Source of the DNA: an uncultured virus (IMG/VR IMGVR_UViG_3300021255_000006)
Taxonomy: Duplodnaviria > Heunggongvirae > Uroviricota > Caudoviricetes
Direction: 5' to 3' (one strand)
IMG/VR virus record: IMGVR_UViG_3300021255_000006
DNA length: 64,000 nucleotides
The position numbers were made by a program, and so were the translations under genes. This document shows positions 26,729-35,148 of this stretch, in pieces; positions within the stretch are counted from its first letter, which is position 1, and the number at the start of each line of letters is the position of its first letter. The notes beneath the pieces were generated by a model, which searched no databases, was not told the DNA's origin, and was given only the letters and a program-made list of their open reading frames with translations.

Positions 26729-27075
26729 ACCTTAGCATCTCCTTCCACATCCAAAGCCTTCGCAGTAACTTCACTCATGAGGTTAATACCGGTTTCATCA
26801 GAGCAGGTCTTGAGAATATCAAAGCCGTTACCTCCATCAGCCTGCCAGAGCTCCTGTGTATCAGTCAGAGCATTTACGATCTGATCAAAGTCCATACCGA
26901 ATCTCCGATGAAGACTCAAAGCAAATCCAGCATAGATCTTCGGCACCATCTCCCTGATATGCGCCCTCCAACGCCGTTCCTGCTGAATATAATTCTTATC
27001 CTGTTTGGGTTTGTGTCTCCTTTCAGCTCTGCTCATTTTCAAACCTCTTGAATACCTTTCTAAACGTGGGATCAT
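26725..27075 (-). CDS. Hypothetical protein (start probably MSRAERR)
   Basis: ORF track; tight gene packing. Confidence 0.6.
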   Translation of the reverse strand: MIPRLERYSRGLKMSRAERRHKPKQDKNYIQQERRWRAHIREMVPKIYAGFALSLHRRFGMDFDQIVNALTDTQELWQADGGNGFDILKTCSDETGINLMSEVTAKALDVEGDAKV

Positions 27076-27590
27076 TATGTATAGTGTTCTGCAATTCTAC
27101 GGTTGCTCTAGGATCTTCCTTTAAGGCTCCATACCATTTCCAAATATAAAGCTGAGAAAGATAGTCAAGCTTTTTAGACAGTCTAAGCAACCATATAGCA
27201 ATCTTACTGTAGACTTTAACCCTTATTATACGAATATCCATCACTCACCACTTCTCCTTTCTAGATATCTGCTGTTCGATGTACGTTTTGATGTTAGAAC
27301 AAACATCTTTCCGCTCGCATTGCACCAGTGTATCGATGCAAACATTATCAGCATAAATCCTTGTACAACGAGGTTTAAAATCCGGACAATTCTGACAATA
27401 GTTTTCGACATCCAGAGATATCATTACTCGTCCTCGTCCTCCTCTTCCGGAATACTCCAACCGTAGTCGCAACCGCCGTCACAATCATGCTCGGCATTTA
27501 GAGTAATATCCGATGCTGTACAGTAATTATCTTTACAGAACTCACACTCTTCGAGATAGCATTCAACTAGAGTCATGTCCTACCATCCTT

Positions 27591-27792
27591 TCAAATAATC
27601 CGATCTTTACATGCGATCCAGTAATATCTTTTCCATAGTGTCTCCTTACTAACAGAAGCAACCAACTAATATAATCGAAACGACGATGATGTCAAATATT
27701 GTAAGAATCTCCATCCAGAAATCGTTTAATTCAATAGCTCTTACGAATGACGCCGCAGATAAAACACCCCACAAAACAATAAATAATATCAT
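27591..27792 (-). pseudogene. Frameshifted paralog of the membrane protein at 27804-28043
   Basis: 47-aa hydrophobic ORF at 27649-27792; the conserved tail KRYYWIACKDRII* is in another frame ending at 27591. Confidence 0.6.
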
Positions 27793-27803
27793 CAGTTGAC
27801 CTT

Positions 27804-28043
27804 TCAAATAATCCTATCTTTACATACGATCCAGTAATATCTTTCCATATCCTTCATGGCGAGTTTATACAATCCGAACCCCACCGCAAGGGCTCCGACA
27901 AGCAACTCATCACCGCTCAGGAATATCACGGCCATCAAGATCTCAGTAAAACCTAGAGCTACCAGAATGAAACAAGAAGCAAGCCATACCTCGCACATAG
28001 CAAGGTTATAGTTAATAGAATATAAATCCGTTACTGATGTCAT
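27804..28043 (-). CDS. Small membrane protein with RYYWxxxKDRI tail
   Basis: Two hydrophobic segments; tail shared with paralogs. Confidence 0.7.
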   Translation of the reverse strand: MTSVTDLYSINYNLAMCEVWLASCFILVALGFTEILMAVIFLSGDELLVGALAVGFGLYKLAMKDMERYYWIVCKDRII

Positions 28044-29017
28044 GACTTGTTCTCCTCTACGATTTTTCTGATAGTTGATTCGCCAATTCCGATCTTCTCA
28101 GAAATATCAAGAGTCGACATTCCCCTGCTATAGAGCTCCTTTGCCATCGTGATCTCCAGATACTCGATCCGGTTCTCGTACGATTTGAATCTGGCTCTGA
28201 GTTGATCTTCGGTGTCTTCGTGTCCAGCGTCAACGATCAACTCCTCAGCATACGGCAAAGTTTCGATCCACTCGCAGAACTCATGCCACTCGTCAAGCTT
28301 GTGGTTCTTCCTAGCATGGTACATATTAGCCAGAACCTCGTAGTTGAGCATCAGAGTAGCCCGCTGGTTGTAGCTGCTTGGAAGAAGCTGGATCATCTGC
28401 CACCAGTATTTCTTGTCGTTGGTCTTGAGATATAAATCGCGATAATAATTCAGGACGTTGCACGTCATCTGTATGAAACCTTCAGGCGTATAGTAAGCGA
28501 GGTCACCTCCGACAGTAACGGCGGCCAGAGCTCGATCTTTATCCATTCCGAGTTCACGGTCAAGATCTTCGAGATTAAACAAATGCTCCGTCGAGAAATC
28601 CTCAAGGGTAAGCTCCTTAGCATGAATCTTGTGCATGGTGGAGCAGGAATTCCTGACAGTACCGACCTTGTATGTGTCAGCTTCCTTCCACCAGTACATC
28701 GGCGCAGTAATATCAACGTACACTACAATCATTCTCCGAAACTTAGCCTCATCCGATCCAGCTTTGGCAAGATTGGTTAAGAGTTTCAGATCGTTTGGGC
28801 CGATATTAACTCCAGCCTCAGTCCAAGCTATACTATTCGTCCAGCTGTCTATCTCGGTGGTGTTGTGGGAAAGGTCGTGGGCGACTATGCTGTTTGTCTC
28901 TTCATCATAGTAATTTAAGAACAGCGAATCGCTCTTCTCCCACGAGTTCATAGGGTTCCTGGCACCTCTGATAGCCGGTTCCCAACCAACAGTGCTGACG
29001 TTTTCAATCTTGATCAT
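28040..29017 (-). CDS. Divergent ThyX (Thy1)-like protein with C-terminal HTH (start revised to 29017)
   Basis: ThyX-like layout (QLLPSSY...NYEVL..MY..R.NH...EW) but no canonical RHRxxS motif; HTH STLDISEKIGIGESTI. Confidence 0.5.
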   Translation of the reverse strand: MIKIENVSTVGWEPAIRGARNPMNSWEKSDSLFLNYYDEETNSIVAHDLSHNTTEIDSWTNSIAWTEAGVNIGPNDLKLLTNLAKAGSDEAKFRRMIVVYVDITAPMYWWKEADTYKVGTVRNSCSTMHKIHAKELTLEDFSTEHLFNLEDLDRELGMDKDRALAAVTVGGDLAYYTPEGFIQMTCNVLNYYRDLYLKTNDKKYWWQMIQLLPSSYNQRATLMLNYEVLANMYHARKNHKLDEWHEFCEWIETLPYAEELIVDAGHEDTEDQLRARFKSYENRIEYLEITMAKELYSRGMSTLDISEKIGIGESTIRKIVEENKS

Positions 29018-29258
29018 TTTTATCCTCCTTATTAAGTTCCTTAATACCGTTGTTGAGCCACATTTCGATATATTCATCTACGTCAAGGTTAAACGGATTA
29101 TCGAAATATAACTCCTCTTGTATACAAAACCTAAACCGTCGTATTTGTGGATACTTCGTCATGGTTATCACAATTCCTCTTGGAGAACCATTCATAAACT
29201 CAATATTCAAATCGATCCCAGGATGATCTTTAACGAACTTGATGAAGTCAACCATCAC
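29004..29258 (-). CDS. Hypothetical protein
   Basis: ORF with SD, overlapping neighbours. Confidence 0.6.
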   Translation of the reverse strand: MMVDFIKFVKDHPGIDLNIEFMNGSPRGIVITMTKYPQIRRFRFCIQEELYFDNPFNLDVDEYIEMWLNNGIKELNKEDKNDQD

Positions 29259-29683
29259 TCACTCTCCTTCTTGTCAAAGTTGATCCACTCCGAAGCATCG
29301 AAACAATATCTGATGGTCGAACCACTTTTTAATATCACATCTATTCCGAGTGTGCGTCCATGACCGGCTAACAATAAAGTTGTCGCATGTGACTTATGAT
29401 AACTAGCCACCTTTTCAGGATCGATGCCAGTATCATCTAAAAATCTTTTGTAAATATCATTTACAAGATCTTTGATGTGCTGCTCTCTAAGAAGCCGTTT
29501 GAGATATGCTATTCTTCTACGCCCGACACCGCCAATGCCCTTAATGGTGTTTAAATATTCTATGTCTGCGGAATCAAATTTTTCCAGACTGTCAATACCA
29601 CCCTTCACCAAAGCATTGTACAGCTGTGTTCCTCCGCCATTGTTGTATGTGCCATAGATCAGATCATATAAAGCTTCCATCAC
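29255..29683 (-). CDS. Protein with RNA polymerase alpha-CTD-like / HhH domain
   Basis: QLYNALVKGGIDSLEKF......LNTIKGIG resembles the alpha-CTD pattern R.YN.L...GI.T...L......L..I...G. Confidence 0.55.
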   Translation of the reverse strand: MMEALYDLIYGTYNNGGGTQLYNALVKGGIDSLEKFDSADIEYLNTIKGIGGVGRRRIAYLKRLLREQHIKDLVNDIYKRFLDDTGIDPEKVASYHKSHATTLLLAGHGRTLGIDVILKSGSTIRYCFDASEWINFDKKESE

Positions 29684-29708
29684 TTATCTCCTTTCTTATC
29701 CGTAGTGG

Positions 29709-29759
29709 AAACAAAAAGACTCCCTGCAAATATCATTTCGATACTCACAGAGAGTCTTA
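29709..29759 (-). terminator. Intrinsic terminator, 51-bp exact duplicate of 33842-33892
   Basis: AAGACTCTCTG...CAGGGAGTCTT followed by TTTG. Confidence 0.8.
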
Positions 29760-29771
29760 AGTTAGACAGAA

Positions 29772-30179
29772 TTATTCCGTATCATATTCAAGAGAATGAA
29801 TCGTATCAATAACATTCTCCAGGACTTCCGCCGTGGTCCATTGTTTCTCGTAATCTCTTGGCGGGAACACAGCCTTTCCGTCAACCACTACACATGTATA
29901 GTCATTGCAGTGCGCATAGTCCCAACCGAGCCAGAACCCCCTCTTGTCAATACCCGGAGCCTCGGTATCGGCATAGGTAAAGCCGCCATGACAGTCGGCA
30001 AACCATTTGTCGTAATCAAGTTCCGGATTATCATACTTATCGAGAATAGATTTCGGCACGTTTATATATGCGCAAGGATGACTTCCTCGTGTGTTGACGA
30101 TAGCGCATTCCACACCATCGATCACTCCGTGGTACAGGACCTCACGTAAAACGTCCTTTCCGTATTCCATTTGTTTCAT
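29772..30179 (-). CDS. Hypothetical phage protein (HPCAY...CHGGFTY...GWDYAH)
   Basis: SD AAGGAG; His/Cys motif pattern. Confidence 0.7.
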   Translation of the reverse strand: MKQMEYGKDVLREVLYHGVIDGVECAIVNTRGSHPCAYINVPKSILDKYDNPELDYDKWFADCHGGFTYADTEAPGIDKRGFWLGWDYAHCNDYTCVVVDGKAVFPPRDYEKQWTTAEVLENVIDTIHSLEYDTE

Positions 30180-30207
30180 AACAATCTCCTTTCTTATCCG
30201 TCTGGAT

Positions 30208-30474
30208 TTATTCGATATAGCCTCCTAAATAGATGGTGTTTTTGGGCGGAATTGGATCACCGTTTTTGTCAAAAGCATCGTCCTCGTATGGGTTTGTAAG
30301 GTCGTACATGTTATTGGGCTTTACTGCGTATTTATTAACGATTTTATATCGCATCTTTGCTGCTTCAACGGCGTCGTCTGCTTTTTGCTCGCTGTCAAAT
30401 ATCCCCACCAGATAAATGGTCGAACCATAGCCCCCAGTCCAAGTATCAGCAGTAACCATCCATACCATATTCAT
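30208..30474 (-). CDS. Hypothetical protein (start MNMVW, 30474)
   Basis: SD AAGGAGG before ATG 30474. Confidence 0.6.
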   Translation of the reverse strand: MNMVWMVTADTWTGGYGSTIYLVGIFDSEQKADDAVEAAKMRYKIVNKYAVKPNNMYDLTNPYEDDAFDKNGDPIPPKNTIYLGGYIE

Positions 30475-30490
30475 CGCTTGATCCTCCTTT

Positions 30491-30754
30491 TTATAAAATC
30501 CGATCCTTAGCTGCCAACCAGTAATATCGATCAGCATCAACATCAACGCAGATGCAAACCGACATAACAAGCAAGCCAGAACCAACTGCGATGTCCTGCC
30601 ACGTCCCAAATATCCAGGCCGATAAAACAAGCATCGCTGCCATGACAGCCCCGACAAAGCACATAGCCATAGTGACTTCGCACTTAGCAAGACTGCGATT
30701 AATGAAACTCAGATCTGTACAGCCCATATCAATACCTCCTAACTTTGTCCACAA
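30491..30754 (-). CDS. Small membrane protein with RYYWLAAKDRIL tail (start probably MGCTD)
   Basis: Paralogous tail; hydrophobic core. Confidence 0.65.
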   Translation of the reverse strand: MWTKLGGIDMGCTDLSFINRSLAKCEVTMAMCFVGAVMAAMLVLSAWIFGTWQDIAVGSGLLVMSVCICVDVDADRYYWLAAKDRIL

Positions 30755-30953
30755 CGCCTTTCGGATATACCCGATCGTATTGCTTAGCCATCTCAGCTTT
30801 AAGTTTTTCCATTTCCGTCAGCCAGTCATTATAACCCTGACAGGTGCTATGACAGCCCACACTACGATCGGGACAATCCTTACAAGGCGCTATGTTTACC
30901 TTATAAATATGGTTTTTCAGTCTCGTCTTTTCGTACGTGTTATATGAATTCAT
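30729..30953 (-). CDS. Small Cys-rich protein (start revised to MNSYN, 30953)
   Basis: PCKDCPDR..GCHSTC; GAGGT SD formed by the end of the array. Confidence 0.6.
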   Translation of the reverse strand: MNSYNTYEKTRLKNHIYKVNIAPCKDCPDRSVGCHSTCQGYNDWLTEMEKLKAEMAKQYDRVYPKGVVDKVRRY

Positions 30954-30963
30954 TGTTATCGTT

Positions 30964-31338
30964 ACCTCGCCACAGCCTTGCTTTTCTTCACCCAACGTCG
31001 CCTTAGCTTAACTGTGCTCCACAATGCCATTGCGTCACTATACTTTACCGTGCTCCGCTCAACTACGCCTCTGCCGTTCTTCACATAACTATGCCATCGC
31101 CCTACTGCACTTCGCTAAGCCTTTGCCTCACTATACTTAGCCATTGCCATACTCGACAGACATTACTGCACTTTTCCATTGCTGCACTATACTGTGCCCT
31201 GCCAAACTAAGCCACTGCTAAACATTGCTGCACTACGCCATTGCTGTACTTTACGCTACTGCACTTCGCCACTGCCGCACCATGCACCACCTAACTAAGC
31301 CTTTGCATTGCGGAACAGAGCCATTCCTCGCCTTTGCA
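30964..31338 (-). ncRNA. Pentamer-periodic (NGY-NN)n array, putative guide-RNA array
   Basis: Minus strand parses almost fully into NGY triplets (mostly AGT/AGC/GGC/GGT) separated by variable dinucleotides, punctuated by 13 NGC-NNN-GG(C/A) nonamers. Confidence 0.8.
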
Positions 31339-31341
31339 ATT

Positions 31342-31938
31342 TCAGGTCTCTTCCCAGGTGAATCGACCCCATCCGGCATTACGCCACTGACTAATACCTT
31401 TGTACTTACCATAGTTAAGCCACTCCTTGACGACATTGTCATAGGTGTCAGGGTATTCAATAACGAATTCTGCCGTTGTACCGTCGGGAAGCGTTTCAGA
31501 GTTAGCAAGGCATGTACGATCACCCTGCATGGTCTGTGCTCTCAGAGATCTCTGCATGTTACCGATCTCACCCTCAAACGTATAGGGAATGCGTCTGGGG
31601 AAAACGAAAATGCAACCATCAATAATCTTCTTGAAGGCTTTAATCTTGCAAGACTCCTTTGCCATTTCCTCACCTTTCATTCGCTGAAGAGCTGAGCAGG
31701 AATCTTTAAAAAATCCCTTGACCTGGTAATCCAGAAGGCAGGGAATACCATCAACACGAGGAAATACTGTCATCTTCTTTTCCTCGTACTCAGTCTTGCC
31801 GAACTCCTCGATCTCTTCCTTCATGGTTTTTGCGTCAGGTGCATTAGACGCGATAAAAGAAGAATAGATCTCGGGATCTGCGGGCTGCGAACCAAGAACC
31901 TTCTCTGTGAATGTGATACGAATTTTAAGCTGCTTCAT
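31342..31938 (-). CDS. Stand-alone Cas7/RAMP-like protein
   Basis: LKIRITFTEKVLGS (first strand), DYQVKGFFK (cf. Cas7 GSSLKG..R), SETLPDGTTAEFVI, C-terminal G-rich loop GISQWRNAGWGRF. Confidence 0.75.
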   Translation of the reverse strand: MKQLKIRITFTEKVLGSQPADPEIYSSFIASNAPDAKTMKEEIEEFGKTEYEEKKMTVFPRVDGIPCLLDYQVKGFFKDSCSALQRMKGEEMAKESCKIKAFKKIIDGCIFVFPRRIPYTFEGEIGNMQRSLRAQTMQGDRTCLANSETLPDGTTAEFVIEYPDTYDNVVKEWLNYGKYKGISQWRNAGWGRFTWEET

Positions 31939-31980
31939 TCGATTCTCCTTTCTTTTCTATATTGGAAACACAATAAAAAT

Positions 31981-32042
31981 AAAAAGAGAAGAAGTGACTA
32001 TCGATTTCTCGATCTAGCCGCAAATAAGCCGTCACTCTTCTC
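31981..32042 (-). ncRNA. Putative small structured RNA or leader upstream of the RAMP gene
   Basis: Follows promoter motif 32043-32067; closing stem GAGAAGAGTGAC/GTCACTTCTTCTC, internal ATCGA-GAAA-TCGAT hairpin, U-tract. Confidence 0.6.
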
Positions 32043-32070
32043 CATATTAGTACTTGTTTATTGCGCGTAC

Positions 32071-32433
32071 TCAGAATATAAACGAATCTTCCTTCAGACC
32101 AAGCCGTTTAGCCATACGCCTTCGCTTCTGATCAATAATGCGGTTAACTTCTTCGTTGTCGATAACTTCAGAAACTTTTCGAAGTTCTCTCATGGTCACC
32201 ATAACATCGGCCATCTCTTCGTGTATGTTTTTTAACATCATCTCCTCAGATCTACCGTGGACCTCGTTATCTCCTCTTAGTTTTCTTGAATATTTAGCAC
32301 ACGCATGACCGAGTTCCAAACACTCCTCAGTCATTTGTTCTAACAGAGCCGGTAATCCAATCGCGTCTACAAGTCTTACAGGTCTCTTTACTCCGATCAT
32401 GTCTGCAAGTTTTGCAGTTTCCTTGTTAATCAC
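32071..32433 (-). CDS. MazG-like nucleotide pyrophosphohydrolase
   Basis: EECLEL...EEMADV motifs. Confidence 0.7.
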   Translation of the reverse strand: MINKETAKLADMIGVKRPVRLVDAIGLPALLEQMTEECLELGHACAKYSRKLRGDNEVHGRSEEMMLKNIHEEMADVMVTMRELRKVSEVIDNEEVNRIIDQKRRRMAKRLGLKEDSFIF

Positions 32434-32643
32434 TCATTCATTCCTCCAAAATTTTTGTGCCGCCGTAATATCTTTGTGCATGCGGATATAGTCGTCATTT
32501 TTCACAGGCTGCTGTTCCCGGATCTCTGTCAGATGGTATTCCCACATCTGAATCAGTCGACTCCATGCTGACGACAGATGACCAGGATGCTCTATAATTT
32601 GTTCCCGTATCCATTCAACAGGAATATCAGTGTTCTGTAGCAT
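32434..32643 (-). CDS. Hypothetical protein
   Basis: ORF with SD. Confidence 0.55.
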   Translation of the reverse strand: MLQNTDIPVEWIREQIIEHPGHLSSAWSRLIQMWEYHLTEIREQQPVKNDDYIRMHKDITAAQKFWRNE

Positions 32644-32810
32644 TGTCCACTCCCTCCTTTTTAACAGCGAATTGTGGTGTCCTGCATTCTACATCCGGAC
32701 CTTTAATAATTGACTTGACATTGTCTGTAGTGTTCATCCGGGCCTTACACGCACCCCATTTCATTCCAGGGGCGGTAGAAAATTTAGCACAATCTTTGCA
32801 CTTCATATGC

Positions 32811-33590
32811 TTAATCCCCTCTCAAATTATGATGCTTGGAAATATAAATAGCCTGCCAACCACGTCTGCGGTAGTATGCTTTGGCATTGGCGATCTTGGT
32901 TAAGTCTTTGCAATACTCAATGCCTCGAACATAAACGCCATGCTCTTTGCACCAGTCAAGATAGTCGGAGAAGTATTTGGTATCCTTACTGCTGACTCTC
33001 TTATTATCAGAATATAAAACTGACTCCTGGATGACAGTCTTGACAAGGTCTCTGTGACCGTTGTTAATCAGCTTCCTGACATACAGATCACCACCGTTGG
33101 GCATCACAACAAGCCCCATGGCTACAAGTTCTTTAGTGGTCTGCATTAGCGTCTCATACACAGACCATCCACGAGGAGCCTCTTTCATTAGATCAGTCTT
33201 TTGTTCTCGGAATCCGAGGAGGCACATATAGTAGAGATCGGTATTGTCGAAATATAAACCCTTAATACCCATCTCTTTCATCTTCTTGGCTTCACTCAGC
33301 AGATGCTTCTTCCAGCCTTTACCGGTAATATCAACCCAGTATTCTCCAGGCCAGCCAGCATACTTAGCGATTCTCAGATGCTTGAAGTCATCATAGTAAG
33401 ACCGCTCCTTTTCCAGAGCACACGCATTCAAATATCCATATACGTGCACTCCTCTTGACACAGCTTCTCTGATATACTTCGGGTCGATGCCATCTGGGTC
33501 AATAATCGCCAGATCGCTCTTCTTCGACTTATCCAGAGTCTTCAGGACATAGTCTTGCTCGAAACAGATTCTCATTGACATAAGCGTCAC
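32811..33590 (-). CDS. Glycoside hydrolase family 114-like (endo-alpha-1,4-polygalactosaminidase-like)
   Basis: YGYLN..ALE..R, WPGEYWVDI, GLYFDNTD, PNGG, QES, IEY motifs. Confidence 0.7.
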   Translation of the reverse strand: MTLMSMRICFEQDYVLKTLDKSKKSDLAIIDPDGIDPKYIREAVSRGVHVYGYLNACALEKERSYYDDFKHLRIAKYAGWPGEYWVDITGKGWKKHLLSEAKKMKEMGIKGLYFDNTDLYYMCLLGFREQKTDLMKEAPRGWSVYETLMQTTKELVAMGLVVMPNGGDLYVRKLINNGHRDLVKTVIQESVLYSDNKRVSSKDTKYFSDYLDWCKEHGVYVRGIEYCKDLTKIANAKAYYRRRGWQAIYISKHHNLRGD

Positions 33591-33594
33591 CTCC

Positions 33595-33822
33595 TCAAAA
33601 TTCTACTCTTATCAGCATGTCATCGACCTTGCATCGATAGAGATCAGCCAGGATCACAAGATTGTCCAGACACGGAAGAGCCTGACCATTCATCCATTTG
33701 TATACAGCCTGTGGTGTCGAGAATCCGAAATGGTGCTGAATGTCCTTTACTGTCAAACCTTTCTCTTCACGAATATCATCGAGACGTTTACACGTTGCCT
33801 CCAAGTTAATTCCTGCTACCAT
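33595..33822 (-). CDS. XRE-family HTH regulator
   Basis: REEKGLTVKDI...STPQAVYKW..G..LP..DNLV.LA. Confidence 0.85.
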   Translation of the reverse strand: MVAGINLEATCKRLDDIREEKGLTVKDIQHHFGFSTPQAVYKWMNGQALPCLDNLVILADLYRCKVDDMLIRVEF

Positions 33823-33913
33823 GACCCTCCTCCTTTCGCAAAAACAAAAAGACTCCCTGCAAATATCATTTCGATACTCACAGAGAGTCTTATTAAGTTT
33901 CTTTATAACTTAA

Positions 33914-34297
33914 TCACTTAATCAATCTCATGTCAGCAAGAATTGCATTCAGTTTCTCACCGTTTATTCGTCTTCTTTCGATCTCAAGTGCCTCATGCGC
34001 CCTCAAAGGTCTCTTCAGATTAACATACCGTCCGAGGCTTCGGTCATAGATAGTGCGCTCTTTGAACCTGATTTCGCGTTCTGCCGTTCTGTTAGCGATA
34101 ATATTCGAAAGCACTTTAGTGCCACCGCCGATTACAGTAAGAGTCGCGGGAACTGCGAAAACAAGAACATCCTGATTGCTCCTAACGAATCCCGCAAACT
34201 GATTCCAGTGTTCAATCGCCCGTTCTCTTCTCTGACGTCTTTTCAGCTCTTTATCAAAATTCACAACTTCAACTCCGTCATCATTTCTAAATAACAT
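33914..34297 (-). CDS. Hypothetical single-TM protein (start MLFRN)
   Basis: SD GGAGG; own promoter motif at 34342-34366 and terminator at 33842-33892. Confidence 0.65.
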   Translation of the reverse strand: MLFRNDDGVEVVNFDKELKRRQRRERAIEHWNQFAGFVRSNQDVLVFAVPATLTVIGGGTKVLSNIIANRTAEREIRFKERTIYDRSLGRYVNLKRPLRAHEALEIERRRINGEKLNAILADMRLIK

Positions 34298-34419
34298 AAT
34301 TCTTTCCTCCATTAAAACTGTTTGGTTGTTAGTTACTGTTCCATAATAGAGTATGTTCATCACGCGAAAAAAATAAGAGACTGCAACGACTTTATATAGC
34401 CGTGTCAGTCTCTATTTTT

Positions 34420-34494
34420 TTAAAATCCGTAGTCTTGTCCGAAAGCTAGTATAGCTGCTGCCAATACTAATAAAATAATTATTTCTCCGCCCAT
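34420..34494 (-). CDS. 24-aa hydrophobic peptide
   Basis: MGGEIIILLVLAAAILAFGQDYGF; SD AAGGAG; promoter motif 34530-34554; terminator ~34367-34414. Confidence 0.65.
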   Translation of the reverse strand: MGGEIIILLVLAAAILAFGQDYGF

Positions 34495-34608
34495 TCTATA
34501 CACTCCTTTCATCTTTATTCCTTCAGTTTCATAAAGGTGAATGTTTATTAAGCGAAAGAAAAAGAGGCAATCCTCTTTAGAATCGCCTCCTGAATCAATA
34601 CCAAAATA

Positions 34609-34914
34609 TCAATTTGTTACACTTACTGACCATCCGTCGTGTTCCGGGATAACATCTATCCTAACGTTGAACGCTCCGCAATAATGCTCGACTTCGATGT
34701 TACCGTTAATTGTCCCATCTTTTTCTTCCAGCTTAACCCTACCGAGTACGGGATGGTTCCAACTAGAACAGTCATGAAGAGACGCATACCAGTTGTCATC
34801 GAAACACTTACATATTATTGCGTATATGCTTACGTCACCAATATCTGTTTCGAAATCTAATGATACGCATGTGTTGTTTCCTTTTGGCATTATTCCACAA
34901 ACTGCAATCTTCAT
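34609..34914 (-). CDS. Hypothetical protein
   Basis: SD AGGAGG; own promoter motif at 34953-34977. Confidence 0.7.
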   Translation of the reverse strand: MKIAVCGIMPKGNNTCVSLDFETDIGDVSIYAIICKCFDDNWYASLHDCSSWNHPVLGRVKLEEKDGTINGNIEVEHYCGAFNVRIDVIPEHDGWSVSVTN

Positions 34915-35148
34915 TGTTTAATTCCTCCTTTTCTTATGCGGACACTATTGTCCACAAAAGGAGATGCTCATTAAGCGAAGAAATGATGTTTGGCATATGC
35001 GAACCATGCTCGAATATAGTCAGCGCTTTTGTCATAAAAGTTAATAGTATACCACAAAACAGTCAAAAAATGTTTAACGCTAGGAACTCTACTTATTCTA
35101 GGTTTATATGGCCACCGTTTTTGTATAGGGTACTTAATTACCATCCGT

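Noticed and set aside
28040..29017. Assigning gene symbol thyX
   Set aside because: The canonical RHRxxxxxxxS signature is missing; only fold-level resemblance
30964..31338. Canonical CRISPR array
   Set aside because: No 23-50 bp identical repeats or unique spacers; conservation is at the triplet/pentamer scale, so it is reported as a different array type
31225..31695. ORFs 31225-31695 (+) and 31251-31523 (-)
   Set aside because: They overlap the RAMP gene and array and have no SD; shadow frames
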